From: Bacilli bacterium
GTDB lineage: Bacteria; Bacillota_I; Bacilli_A; RF39; UBA660
Length of the DNA stretch: 42,468 nucleotides
Assembly (NCBI GenBank): GCA_017397745.1
Contig: JAFQIC010000049.1
Location: forward strand, 1 to 42,468
Direction: 5' to 3'
Part shown: positions 1-9,432 of the stretch, one piece after another
Position numbering within the stretch: position 1 is the first letter of the stretch
Layout of the letters: every line of letters starts with the position of its first letter
Made by a program: the position numbers and the translations under genes
The notes under the pieces: generated by a model
What the model was told of the DNA's origin: nothing
The model's database searches: none
What the model saw: the letters and a program-made list of their open reading frames with translations, nothing else

Positions 1-95
1 ACTAATCCATCTGTTGTTATAAATTCACTTAATTTTTTTGAATAATTAACTAATTTTTTTCTTTTATTTAATAAATATTTATCAATTATGTTCAC
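1..95 (-). CDS. 5' end of an unidentified CDS running off the window (partial)
   Basis: The minus-strand frame opens with GTG at 93-95, six nt after AGGTG (102-106). It stays open to the window edge (VNIIDKYLLNKRKKLVNYSKKLSEFITTDGL...). Too short to assign a family. Confidence 0.25.
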   Translation of the reverse strand, partial: MNIIDKYLLNKRKKLVNYSKKLSEFITTDGL

Positions 96-177
96 ATTTG
101 ACACCTACTTTTATTCTATAGTAAATTATATCAAATAAAAAATACATGTGCAATAGAAAAGAATAGTTTTTTTATAT

Positions 178-205
178 AAAAAACCATAAATTTTAAACTT
201 ATGGT
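178..205 (-). terminator. Intrinsic terminator downstream of the SGNH-fold gene
   Basis: Arms ACCATAA (183-189) and TTATGGT (199-205) flank a 9-nt loop. On the minus strand the hairpin is followed by a T-run (plus-strand A-run 178-183), just past the stop codon at 213-215. Confidence 0.5.
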
Positions 206-212
206 ATGTTTT

Positions 213-947
213 TTATTTTTTATTATTTTGTTCAAATTCCTTAATTATAGAGTTTGCTATAAAATTATATCCTTCTAATGATGGATTAGGATTTTTTATA
301 TTTGGTAAATAATAACTTTTATTTTTAAAACCTTCTTTTATATCAATATAATAAATATTTTTATTATCTATTGTTTTAAATTTGTTTTCTAAATAATCTA
401 TCATAGAATCTGTTATTCCATCTTTTTCGTTGTGTGGATTAAAATATCCTATAAAATAAATATCACTGTCATTTATTTTTCTTATTAATGATATTATTTC
501 TTCAATATTTTTAAAAATTTTATCAATATTTTCTTTCATTTTATTATTTATTTTATATTCTTCTTTATTATATTTTGCACTATAAAATAAGTCGTTAAAT
601 CCTATAGATATTGTTATTATATCTGATTTAGCTATTGATTCATTAATACTTATTTTTTTATCATTTATTTCTTTTTCTTTATTTAATTTTATATCATTAA
701 TTAAATCGGTTGTTTTATAATTAATTTCTGAAAAATAGTTATTATATTTATCTAATAAATTTTTATTTTCTAAATAATCACAAAAATAATCAGAGTAACT
801 TTTATTAATTTCATCAAAAGGTGTTAATCCAACTGCGAAGTTATCTCCTAAGGACAAGTAATATATTTTATTATTTTTAAATGTACTATATAGTATAAAT
901 GTAAAAATAAAAGCAAAAAAGAAAACAAATAATTTTTGGTATTTCAT
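213..947 (-). CDS. Membrane-anchored SGNH/GDSL-fold protein, probably catalytically inactive
   Basis: N-terminal hydrophobic anchor and GDSL-family block layout. Block I is LSLGDNFAVG (expected GDS). Block III is ISIGFNDL (GxND). Block V is NIKNPNPSLEGY (expected DxxHP). The Ser, Asp and His positions all read Asn. Confidence 0.7.
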   Translation of the reverse strand: MKYQKLFVFFFAFIFTFILYSTFKNNKIYYLSLGDNFAVGLTPFDEINKSYSDYFCDYLENKNLLDKYNNYFSEINYKTTDLINDIKLNKEKEINDKKISINESIAKSDIITISIGFNDLFYSAKYNKEEYKINNKMKENIDKIFKNIEEIISLIRKINDSDIYFIGYFNPHNEKDGITDSMIDYLENKFKTIDNKNIYYIDIKEGFKNKSYYLPNIKNPNPSLEGYNFIANSIIKEFEQNNKK

Positions 948-972
948 TTATACACCTCTTATTTGTTTAATT

Positions 973-2223
973 TTATGGTATTAATTCAATTTTAGCACCT
1001 ATTTGTTTTAATTTATTAATTACATCTTCATATCCTCTTAAAATAAATTCAATATTATCAATTGTTGTAGTTCCTTTTGCGATTAGAGCCGCTATTAAAA
1101 GAGAAGCGCCCGCTCTAAGATCTGTTGCTACTACTTCGCTTCCATAAAGTTTTGTTTTCCCTTTTATAGTAAGTTTATTTTTATCTATATAAGTATTAGC
1201 ACCCATTTTATTTAAATATTCTGTATTTCTAAATCTACTTTCATATATAGTTTCTTCTATTATAGATGTTCCTTCTGCTTGAGTTAGTAATGTAGTAAAA
1301 GGTTGTTGTAAGTCTGTTGGAAAACCAGGATAAGAAAGAGTTTTAATATTAGTTGGTTTTAATTTTCTTGCTTTATTTATGGTTATTTTATCTTTATTTA
1401 TTTTAAATTCAACACCTGCTTCTTTTAATTTTGATAAGAGCATTGCTAGATGATCTACAATTATATTATTTATATTTAAATCTTTACCTAATAAAGATCC
1501 TATAATTAAATACGTTCCAGCTTCTATTCTATCAGGACATACTTCTACAATACCATTATCAAGTTCTTCTGCACCTTCTATAACTATTTTATCAGTACCA
1601 GCACCTTTTATTTTAGCACCCATATTAATTAAAAATGAAGCTATATTTACTATTTCTGGTTCTTTAGCAGCATTTTCTATAACTGTTTTACCTTTTGCCA
1701 TAGTAGCAGCTATCATAATATTTATCGTTGCTCCTACCGAAGGTATATCTAAATATATTTTTGCACCTTTTAGTTGTTTTGCTTTTATTAAAAATGTTGA
1801 TTTTTTTTGAGTTACTGTTGCACCTAATGCCTCAAAGCCTTTTATATGTTGATCAATAGGCCTATTACCAATGTTACAACCACCAGGAAAACATATTTCA
1901 ACTTTTTTAAATCTAGCAAGTAGGGCTCCCATGAAATAATAAGATGCTCTCATTTCTTTACTTAAAGTATCTGGAATAGGTTTATTTTTTAAATTTTTAG
2001 TATTTATTTTCAAAGTATCTTCAATAACTTCTACTTCGCAATTTAAAAGTTTTAATATTTCAATTAAATAATCAATATCTCTTATATGTGGGATATTATA
2101 AATGGTACTTTCGTTTTTAGAAAGCAAAGCAGCTGGAATTAAAGCAACTGCACTATTTTTAGCTCCACTTATTTTAACATCACCACTAAGTTTATATCCA
2201 CCTTCAACTTTAATTTTAGGCAT
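973..2223 (-). CDS. murA: UDP-N-acetylglucosamine 1-carboxyvinyltransferase
   Basis: 416 aa. N-terminus KVEGGYKLSGDVKISGAKNSAVALIPAALL and active-site loop GGCNIGNRPIDQHIKG containing the catalytic Cys. Confidence 0.95.
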   Translation of the reverse strand: MPKIKVEGGYKLSGDVKISGAKNSAVALIPAALLSKNESTIYNIPHIRDIDYLIEILKLLNCEVEVIEDTLKINTKNLKNKPIPDTLSKEMRASYYFMGALLARFKKVEICFPGGCNIGNRPIDQHIKGFEALGATVTQKKSTFLIKAKQLKGAKIYLDIPSVGATINIMIAATMAKGKTVIENAAKEPEIVNIASFLINMGAKIKGAGTDKIVIEGAEELDNGIVEVCPDRIEAGTYLIIGSLLGKDLNINNIIVDHLAMLLSKLKEAGVEFKINKDKITINKARKLKPTNIKTLSYPGFPTDLQQPFTTLLTQAEGTSIIEETIYESRFRNTEYLNKMGANTYIDKNKLTIKGKTKLYGSEVVATDLRAGASLLIAALIAKGTTTIDNIEFILRGYEDVINKLKQIGAKIELIP

Positions 2224-2342
2224 TTTGGTACCTCCTAGTTATTTATATAAATAATTATTTCTACTTTATTTTATACTAAACTTTTTAATTAGTTCATAAA
2301 TATGATATTATTTTTTTAAAATTAAGTCAAATTTTAGTTAAA

Positions 2343-2873
2343 TTATTTACACAAATAATAAAGAAGCATTGTAAACATTATTATAATTCCAATTATTTTT
2401 GAAGATTTTTCCATTTTTAAAGAAACATATTTTCCTAAAAAGAAGCCGGCTAAGGTAAATAAAAAACTTGAAATAGAGAATATTAAAGCCGCTAAAAAAA
2501 GATTTTTTGTAATAAAGTATAACCCTATACCTAAAGAAAAACTATCAAGTGATACTAACAAAGCAAAAACCAAACTTCCGATAACATTTAATTTCTTTTG
2601 TTCCACTTCTTCATTTATACTTTTTATCATTTCAATTATAACAATTAAAAACATAATAAACATTATTAATTTAGGATTAATATTTAATGTTTTTGTTATA
2701 TATTCTCCTATATATAAACCTAAAAGTGGCATAAAAAAATGAAATATGCCAACTATAAAAGATACAAATAATATTTTTTTAATATTTAAATTCATAAGTC
2801 CATAACTAAAAGCAAGACTAAATGCATCTAAACTTAGGCTAATTGCAATTAAAATGATGCTGAAAATATTCAC
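2343..2873 (-). CDS. mntP: Manganese efflux pump MntP (DUF204)
   Basis: Six-TM, 176-aa protein with the duplicated SLDAFS / SLDSFS motif typical of MntP. Confidence 0.85.
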   Translation of the reverse strand: MNIFSIILIAISLSLDAFSLAFSYGLMNLNIKKILFVSFIVGIFHFFMPLLGLYIGEYITKTLNINPKLIMFIMFLIVIIEMIKSINEEVEQKKLNVIGSLVFALLVSLDSFSLGIGLYFITKNLFLAALIFSISSFLFTLAGFFLGKYVSLKMEKSSKIIGIIIMFTMLLYYLCK

Positions 2874-2911
2874 GTTATCACCTATAAAAATATTATTTTT
2901 TTTAAAGGTTT

Positions 2912-3430
2912 TTATTCAAAAAATTTATTAAATAATTCAAAGATAAAAAATGAATATTCTACTTTTTCTTTTTCTGTTTCTTCAACTTCCATTAAACAAA
3001 GAGGAGGGAAGAGTACGCACCAAAAATTATCTCCTTTTGCATCGCCAAGTTCTATTACTAAAGATTCATAATATCCTTCGTTATATGTCTTTCCTTCATA
3101 TTGTTTTTCAGGAAAATAATTAAATCCAAATTTAACTTCATAGCCTTTATCATAATTATAATTTACAAGTGTTTCTTCAATTTTTGTTTCTATATTTTTT
3201 ATATTAGTATTTATTATATTTCTTGCTTCACTAATATTATCAGTTTCATATCCTGTGATTTCATCTTTAATATTTTCAAGAACTTTTTCTTTTACAAATA
3301 CATCTTCAACATTGTTACTATGTGGAATTATTCTAAATCTTATAGATTCTGAAGGTATATATTCTATTTTATCATTCGTTAAAAATAAATAAACTATAAA
3401 TATTGCTGTTAATATTAATATTTTTTTCAT
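2912..3430 (-). CDS. spoIIR: Stage II sporulation protein R
   Basis: Signal anchor, then IRFRIIPHSN and the C-terminal NFWCVLFPPLC motif of SpoIIR. The track ORF opens at TTG 3442; ATG 3430 (MKKILIL) is the likelier start. Confidence 0.85.
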   Translation of the reverse strand: MKKILILTAIFIVYLFLTNDKIEYIPSESIRFRIIPHSNNVEDVFVKEKVLENIKDEITGYETDNISEARNIINTNIKNIETKIEETLVNYNYDKGYEVKFGFNYFPEKQYEGKTYNEGYYESLVIELGDAKGDNFWCVLFPPLCLMEVEETEKEKVEYSFFIFELFNKFFE

Positions 3431-3477
3431 TAAAAAAACCAACCTTTCTAATATATATTGGTTGATTTAAATTTTTT

Positions 3478-4203
3478 TTATTCACAATTTTTAAAAATAA
3501 ATAAATATCTTGTTTTTCCAGTTAAATCTTTTTCAAAAGAATATTTAATATTATTAAAACTTTTTTCTATTTGTTTTTTAATTTCTTTTTCACTATATGA
3601 ATTTATTTCTACAGCTATAAAAGACTTTTCTTTCATATACTTATTTATATTTTTTATTATTTTTTTAATATGTTTTGTGCCATCTTTCCCACTAAAAAGA
3701 GCTTTGTGTGGTTCTTTTAAAACTTCTTTTGATAATATTTCTCTTGTACTTACATAAGGAGGATTTGATACTATAATATCAAATTTATGATTTTTTATTT
3801 TTTTAAATATATTACTTTTAATAAAAGTAACTTCTAAATTATTTAGTTTAGCATTTTGTTTTGCCACTTTTAAAGCTTTTTTACTAATATCAGATGCATA
3901 TATAGTAGAATTTATATTTCTTTTTAAGGAAAGTGCAATTGCACCACTTCCTGTGCATAAATCTAAAATAGTAGGGGAGTCAAAGTTATATTTTTTAGCA
4001 TAATTTAATACTTTTTCTACTAAAAATTCTGTTTCTGGTCTAGGAATTAATACATTTTTATTTACTTTTATTTTAACATCATAAAAATCAACATACCCTA
4101 TTAAATATTGGATAGGATATCCTTTTTTTATTTTTTTTAAATCGTTTTCGTAATTAGAACTTATTTTTTTTAATTCTTCTAACTCTCTTTTCCCTATATT
4201 CAT
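3478..4203 (-). CDS. prmC: Release-factor glutamine N5-methyltransferase PrmC/HemK
   Basis: SAM-binding motif ILDLCTGSGAIA and catalytic NPPY (SNPPYV). Located downstream of prfA. Confidence 0.93.
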   Translation of the reverse strand: MNIGKRELEELKKISSNYENDLKKIKKGYPIQYLIGYVDFYDVKIKVNKNVLIPRPETEFLVEKVLNYAKKYNFDSPTILDLCTGSGAIALSLKRNINSTIYASDISKKALKVAKQNAKLNNLEVTFIKSNIFKKIKNHKFDIIVSNPPYVSTREILSKEVLKEPHKALFSGKDGTKHIKKIIKNINKYMKEKSFIAVEINSYSEKEIKKQIEKSFNNIKYSFEKDLTGKTRYLFIFKNCE

Positions 4204-4466
4204 TATTTTATTCTTTTACTCTCATTATCCTTAAAAAGCAATTCTGATATCCTTTCTTGTGCTTCATTTAAATTTTCTATACCTAAAAATTCTAATTCTT
4301 TTTTCATTAACTGGGCATCACCAACTGCGATAAATTTTGTTTCTTTTTTACAAACTAAGCACCAATTATCCATTTCAGAATATTTACTTATTTTATTTTT
4401 TGTTCGAATAGGAAATACATAACCACATTTTGTGCATAATAAATCGTTTTCATAAAATGCTTTCAT
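4203..4466 (-). CDS. Small CxxC...CxxC zinc-ribbon protein of unknown function
   Basis: 87 aa with CTKC (residues 11-14) and CLVC (36-39), followed by a helical, charged C-terminal half. The start overlaps the prfA stop (TAATG) and the stop overlaps the prmC start (TAATG). A GGGAGA Shine-Dalgarno lies upstream. Confidence 0.7.
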   Translation of the reverse strand: MKAFYENDLLCTKCGYVFPIRTKNKISKYSEMDNWCLVCKKETKFIAVGDAQLMKKELEFLGIENLNEAQERISELLFKDNESKRIK

Positions 4467-5518
4467 TATTCTCCCATCTTTCTTTTTTGATCTTCAGTTA
4501 TAAGTGCTTCTATTATATTATCAATATTACCTTCCATAATTTTATCTAAATTCATGAGCGTTAATCCAATTCTATGATCAGTTACTCTGTTTTGTGGATA
4601 ATTATATGTTCTTATTTTTTCTGATCTATCACCAGTACCTATTTTATTTCTTCTTTCTGTTCCTAAAGCTTCTTCTTGTTTTTGAAGTTCTAAATCATAT
4701 AATCTGGTTTTTAATATTTCTAGTGCTTTGGCTTTGTTTTTTAGTTGGCTTCTTTCATTTTGACAAGTAACTACTATACCTGTAGGTAAATGTGTCATTC
4801 TTACCGCTGAATCTGTTGTATTAACACTTTGTCCTCCAGCTCCTCCACTATGATATACATCTATTTTTAAATCATTTTCTTTTATTTCAATATCGACTGC
4901 TTCTGCCTCAGGCATTACAATAACTGTAGCTGTTGATGTGTGTACTCTTCCTTGGCTTTCAGTTGCTGGAACTCTTTGAACTCTGTGTGAACCGCTTTCA
5001 TATTTAAATTTTGAATAAACACTGTCACCTTTTAGCATAAATTCAATTTGAGCATATCCTCCACTTTCACCAGGAACTTCATGAAGAATTTCTAAATTCC
5101 AACCACTTTTTTCAGAATATTTTTGATACATTCTAAATAAATCTCCAGCAAAAATATTTGCTTCATCGCCACCTGCGGCTCCTCTTATTTCCATAACAAC
5201 ATTTTTTTCATCATTTGGATCTTTTGGTAATAATAATATTTTTAAACTTGCTTCTAATCTTTCTTTGTTTTTATTTGCTGTTTCTAATTCTTCGTTAGCA
5301 AATTCAATATATTCAGGATCTTTTAAAAGTTCTTTAGCTGCTTCAATATCATCAAGTGTTTTTTCATATTCTTCAAAAGTCTTTACTATTTCTTCTAGTC
5401 CAATTAATTCTTTTGAATAAGATGTCATTTTACTTAAATCATTATATACTTCTTCTTTAGTTAATTCTTCTTTTAAAAAATTATATCTTTCTTTTATTAT
5501 ATTTAATCTTTCATTCAT
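4466..5518 (-). CDS. prfA: Peptide chain release factor 1
   Basis: 350 aa with the GGQ motif (SGGAGGQSVNTTDSAVR) and the RF1 PxT-type recognition motif (RVPATES). Confidence 0.97.
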   Translation of the reverse strand: MNERLNIIKERYNFLKEELTKEEVYNDLSKMTSYSKELIGLEEIVKTFEEYEKTLDDIEAAKELLKDPEYIEFANEELETANKNKERLEASLKILLLPKDPNDEKNVVMEIRGAAGGDEANIFAGDLFRMYQKYSEKSGWNLEILHEVPGESGGYAQIEFMLKGDSVYSKFKYESGSHRVQRVPATESQGRVHTSTATVIVMPEAEAVDIEIKENDLKIDVYHSGGAGGQSVNTTDSAVRMTHLPTGIVVTCQNERSQLKNKAKALEILKTRLYDLELQKQEEALGTERRNKIGTGDRSEKIRTYNYPQNRVTDHRIGLTLMNLDKIMEGNIDNIIEALITEDQKRKMGE

Positions 5519-5571
5519 TTTTATCTCTCCCTTTAATTAGTAATTATTTTTTTACATTAAAAAGAGAGGCT

Positions 5572-6003
5572 CTATATTTCGCCCTCATCAATATTTTCAT
5601 CATCAATAATAACTAAATCTTTTAAATCATCATCTGTTTCATCATCCGTAACATCTTTTATTTCATCAAAGAAATCTTCATTTTCGTCTTCTATTTCTTC
5701 TTCTGGATAAACTTCTTCCATATCATCATCTGATTCTGGAATTTCAATTTTTACTTGATGATTTTCTCTTAAATCCCAATATCCTTTTTCTAGTTGGATA
5801 AATCTTTTCTCAGTTGCTAAAAGTGTGAAAAAATCTCCTATTTTGTCTTCATATTTTTGTGGATCTAATCCCATATTTTCACTTACTGCGTTAAAAAGAT
5901 CTAATGTTTTTATTTTCTTACCTTTTTCTTTTAACACTATATATGCCACATCATCATATGACATATTAACCAATTCTTCTTTTGATACACTTTTTATTTT
6001 CAT
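5572..6003 (-). CDS. rpoE: RNA polymerase delta subunit
   Basis: N-terminal HARE-HTH-like domain (SYDDVAYIVLKE...RFIQLEKGYWDLR) followed by a highly acidic D/E tail. ATG 6003 has a GGAGA Shine-Dalgarno 5 nt upstream. The track start at 6027 is probably an upstream extension. Confidence 0.85.
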   Translation of the reverse strand: MKIKSVSKEELVNMSYDDVAYIVLKEKGKKIKTLDLFNAVSENMGLDPQKYEDKIGDFFTLLATEKRFIQLEKGYWDLRENHQVKIEIPESDDDMEEVYPEEEIEDENEDFFDEIKDVTDDETDDDLKDLVIIDDENIDEGEI

Positions 6004-6166
6004 AAATTTCTCCTTTTGTTTTAACATTTAAAATTATACTTATATTTATTATAAAATCAAGTATTTTTTTTCTTTTTTATTATATTCATAAAAATATTAT
6101 TTATTTCTTACTTTGTTATAAATTTATTTTAATTGTTAATACTAATACTAGTTTTGGAGAAAAAAT

Positions 6167-8110
6167 ATGAAAAAAATAGCATTTTCACTTAAATTATTTT
6201 CGTTTTTAGTAATATGTTTCGTATTAATTATGACAGGATTTTATGTTTACGCATACATTACACCTAATATAGATTTAAAAATAGCAAATCAAATTGAAAT
6301 GTATGATAAAAATGAAGATATTTTTTACAATAGCACTGATAATAATAATTGGGCTACTTTAGAAAATATTTCTGATCACGCAATTAATGCAACTATTTCT
6401 ATTGAAGATAAACATTTTTATAAACATCAAGGTTTTGATTATTTAAGAATTATTAAAGCAATGATAAGTAATATAAGAGATGGACAGCTTAATCAAGGTG
6501 CTTCAACTATTTCTCAGCAATACATAAAGAATTTATATCTAGAATTTGATAAGACATGGAAAAGAAAAATTGAGGAAGCATTTTTAACTTTTGAACTTGA
6601 AGTACATAATACAAAAGATGAGATATTAGAAGGGTATTTAAATACTATAAATTACGGTGGTGTCTATGGAATTGAAAGTGCTAGTAAATATTATTTTAAT
6701 AAAAGTGCAAGAGATCTTACTATAGCTGAAGCAAGTTTACTTGTAGGAATACCTAAAAATCCAAGTTTATATAATCCTCTTTCTAATTATGAAGAAGCAA
6801 AAAATAGACAAAAAACTGTGTTAGAAAGTATGGTAAAAAATAAATATATAACTAAAAAAGAAAAAGAAGAAATTTATAATACAAAGCTTATTTTTTATGG
6901 AAAAACTGAAAAAGAAAAATTAGAAAGTGTTAGTTATTATAGGGATGCAGTTTTAAATGAACTTAGAAATATTGATGAAATTCCCGAATCTATTATAAGT
7001 ACAGGTGGTATAAAAATTTATACAAATTTGGATTTAGATGCTCAGGAAAAACTTGAAAGAATAATTGATGAAGAGATGGATGATAATTCTAATTTACAAG
7101 TTGGTTCATTAATTGCAGATCCTAAAACAGGAAAAATTTTGGCATTAGTAGGGGGAACTAATTATAATAAAAGTCAATATAATAGGGTAGACACAGCTTC
7201 TAGACAAGTTGGTTCTACTATTAAACCTTTTTTATATTATGCAGCTTTAGAAAACGGATTTACTGCTTCAAGTACTTTTACTAGTGAACCTTCTTCTTTT
7301 AATCTTGGTGATGGAAAAACTTATGCTCCTACAAATGCAGGAAATAGGTATGCTAATGGTAAGATATCTTTAGCCTCAGCAATTGCTTTTTCTGATAATA
7401 TTTATGCCGTTAAAACTCATTTATTTTTAGGAAAAAACGTTCTTGTTGATACAGCTAATAGAGTAGGAATAAAAACTGAACTTCCTTTAAATGCGTCTTT
7501 ACCATTAGGTACAACAGAAATCTCTATGATAGATTATTGTAATGGATTTTTAACTCTTGCAGACTCTGGTATAAAAAAAGAAGCCTTTTTAATATCAAAA
7601 GTTGAAGATATGGATGGAAATATTTTATATGAACATAAACAAGAAGAAGAATTGGTTTTAAATAGTAAACTTGTATATATTTTAAATGAAATGTTATCTA
7701 ATACTTATAATTATGATTTTATAGATTATACGTCGCCAACAATGCTTTCAATAGCCGGTTTATTAACAAATAAGTATGCTGTTAAAAGTGGTAGTACTGA
7801 GTATGATTATTGGACAATAGGTTATAATAATGATGCTCTTGTTATGGTTTGGAATGGGTATGATGATAATACTGAACTTACCACTAATGAAAACAAAATT
7901 AATAAACAAATATGGGCTAGGGCAATAGAATCATTTTTAGAAGGAAAAAATACTAGTTGGTATGAAATCCCTGATGGAGTAGTTTCATCCCTTGTTAATC
8001 CAATTACAGGTGATATAACAACAAATAGTAAAAGTATTAATCTTTATTATATTAAAGGAACTGAGCCTTATTTTTATACTAATAATGAATTAAATAGTAT
8101 TGTTGATTAG
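6167..8110 (+). CDS. Class A penicillin-binding protein (glycosyltransferase plus transpeptidase)
   Basis: N-terminal TM anchor. GT51 motifs EDKHFYKHQGFD and GASTISQQ. Transpeptidase motifs STIKP (SxxK), SDN (SxN) and KSG (KTG). Confidence 0.93.
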   Translation: MKKIAFSLKLFSFLVICFVLIMTGFYVYAYITPNIDLKIANQIEMYDKNEDIFYNSTDNNNWATLENISDHAINATISIEDKHFYKHQGFDYLRIIKAMISNIRDGQLNQGASTISQQYIKNLYLEFDKTWKRKIEEAFLTFELEVHNTKDEILEGYLNTINYGGVYGIESASKYYFNKSARDLTIAEASLLVGIPKNPSLYNPLSNYEEAKNRQKTVLESMVKNKYITKKEKEEIYNTKLIFYGKTEKEKLESVSYYRDAVLNELRNIDEIPESIISTGGIKIYTNLDLDAQEKLERIIDEEMDDNSNLQVGSLIADPKTGKILALVGGTNYNKSQYNRVDTASRQVGSTIKPFLYYAALENGFTASSTFTSEPSSFNLGDGKTYAPTNAGNRYANGKISLASAIAFSDNIYAVKTHLFLGKNVLVDTANRVGIKTELPLNASLPLGTTEISMIDYCNGFLTLADSGIKKEAFLISKVEDMDGNILYEHKQEEELVLNSKLVYILNEMLSNTYNYDFIDYTSPTMLSIAGLLTNKYAVKSGSTEYDYWTIGYNNDALVMVWNGYDDNTELTTNENKINKQIWARAIESFLEGKNTSWYEIPDGVVSSLVNPITGDITTNSKSINLYYIKGTEPYFYTNNELNSIVD

Positions 8111-8131
8111 CAATTTATTAAAAAATAAAAA

Positions 8132-8159
8132 TAACTAGATTTCTCTAGTTAATTTTTTT
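8132..8159. terminator. Bidirectional hairpin between the convergent PBP and noc genes
   Basis: Arms TAACTAGA (8132-8139) and TCTAGTTA (8144-8151) with a 4-nt loop, and T-runs on both strands. The right arm overlaps the noc stop codon at 8149-8151. Confidence 0.55.
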
Positions 8160-9330
8160 GTATTTTTATTACAATTTGATACATATCTTCAAAATCAAAT
8201 TCTTCAGAATTTACTTTAAATCCTTTAGAAGCTATTGTATCTTTTAATCCTCTAGCAGCACCTATTGCGTCTGCTAAAGTGCTTATACTATTAGATGTTA
8301 CGGCTTCTTCTTTTACTTGTTGTTGTCTAAATTCTTCTATTATTGAATTTGATGGTACGCTTAATGGGTTAATAGGTTCGCTTGCACCACTTTGATTTAA
8401 ATTTTCTACTTCTGGTGTTTTAAATTCTTCTATTGGATTTACTTTTTGAATATCAGATAACTTACTATCAAAATCTAAAATTTCTGGTATATCACTATCT
8501 AAACTTTTTGCTGGTTCTATAGTAGGCATTATAATTTCTTCTTTAGGTTCATTATAAGATGGTGAAGGAGTAAAAGTACTTTGAGGAATATCTGATTGTT
8601 TTTTCATTAAATCTTCAAAAGATACTGTTTTAGGTTTTTCAAATAAATCTTCTGTCTCATTTTTAATTTTATCAACATCTATATTATATATATCTTCTTT
8701 ACTTGTTACTTCTTTAACGGGTAAGTCTTTACCTAATAATTTATTTATTGCATCATCTGTTTGTTTAACAGTTAATCTTTGTTCTATTATTCTTCTTAAA
8801 AGACCTATTTGTGCTGTTTTATCAGTTAATTGTAATAAACTTCTTGCATGTCTTTCAGATATTTTATTTGTCAGTAATGCTTCTTGTACTTCTTCATCTA
8901 ATGCTAAAAGTCTAATTTTATTTGCAATTGTTGGCTGTGCTATTCCTAATTTTGTTGCAAGCTCTTCTTGTGTCATTCCTTTATCAAGAAGTTTTTTATA
9001 AGATTGTGCTTCTTCAATCGCAGTTAAATCTTTCCTTTGAATATTTTCTACAACTGCAATTTCTGCACTTTTATTATCATCAACATTCATTATAACAGCG
9101 GGAACTTGTCTTAATCCAGCCATAGTTGATGCTTTATATCTTCTTTCACCAGCAATTATTTCATACTTATCACCAATTTGTCTTAAAACAAGTGGTTGTA
9201 TTACTCCATGCTGCTTTATAGAATCTGATAATTCTTTTAATTCATTTTCATTAAAAGCTAGTCTTGGTTGAAACCTATTTGGAATTATATCATCTATATT
9301 TATTAATTTTACACCTTTTTCTAAATCCAT
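8149..9330 (-). CDS. noc: Noc-like ParB-family nucleoid occlusion protein with a long internal insertion
   Basis: ParB N-terminal box IIPNRFQPR and CTP-binding box IIAGERRYKAS. The HTH LGIAQPTIANKIRLL and ISERHARSL resemble B. subtilis Noc (GQSTIANKLRLL, ITERHARAL) rather than Spo0J. The C-terminus KVNSEEFDFEDMYQIVIKIQK resembles the Noc C-terminus KLNTEEEEFEEYIQLTIRIPK. Sits next to rsmG as in Bacillus. ATG 9330 follows AGGTGG. The GTG at 9345 is preceded directly by an in-frame TAG. Confidence 0.85.
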   Translation of the reverse strand: MDLEKGVKLINIDDIIPNRFQPRLAFNENELKELSDSIKQHGVIQPLVLRQIGDKYEIIAGERRYKASTMAGLRQVPAVIMNVDDNKSAEIAVVENIQRKDLTAIEEAQSYKKLLDKGMTQEELATKLGIAQPTIANKIRLLALDEEVQEALLTNKISERHARSLLQLTDKTAQIGLLRRIIEQRLTVKQTDDAINKLLGKDLPVKEVTSKEDIYNIDVDKIKNETEDLFEKPKTVSFEDLMKKQSDIPQSTFTPSPSYNEPKEEIIMPTIEPAKSLDSDIPEILDFDSKLSDIQKVNPIEEFKTPEVENLNQSGASEPINPLSVPSNSIIEEFRQQQVKEEAVTSNSISTLADAIGAARGLKDTIASKGFKVNSEEFDFEDMYQIVIKIQKN

Positions 9331-9432
9331 TTTTATCACATCCACCTATATATTCTTATTTATAATTTTAAAATATTTTTATTTATATTTCAAGTAATTT
9401 TAATTAAAATACTTAATATTATTATTTTTTTG

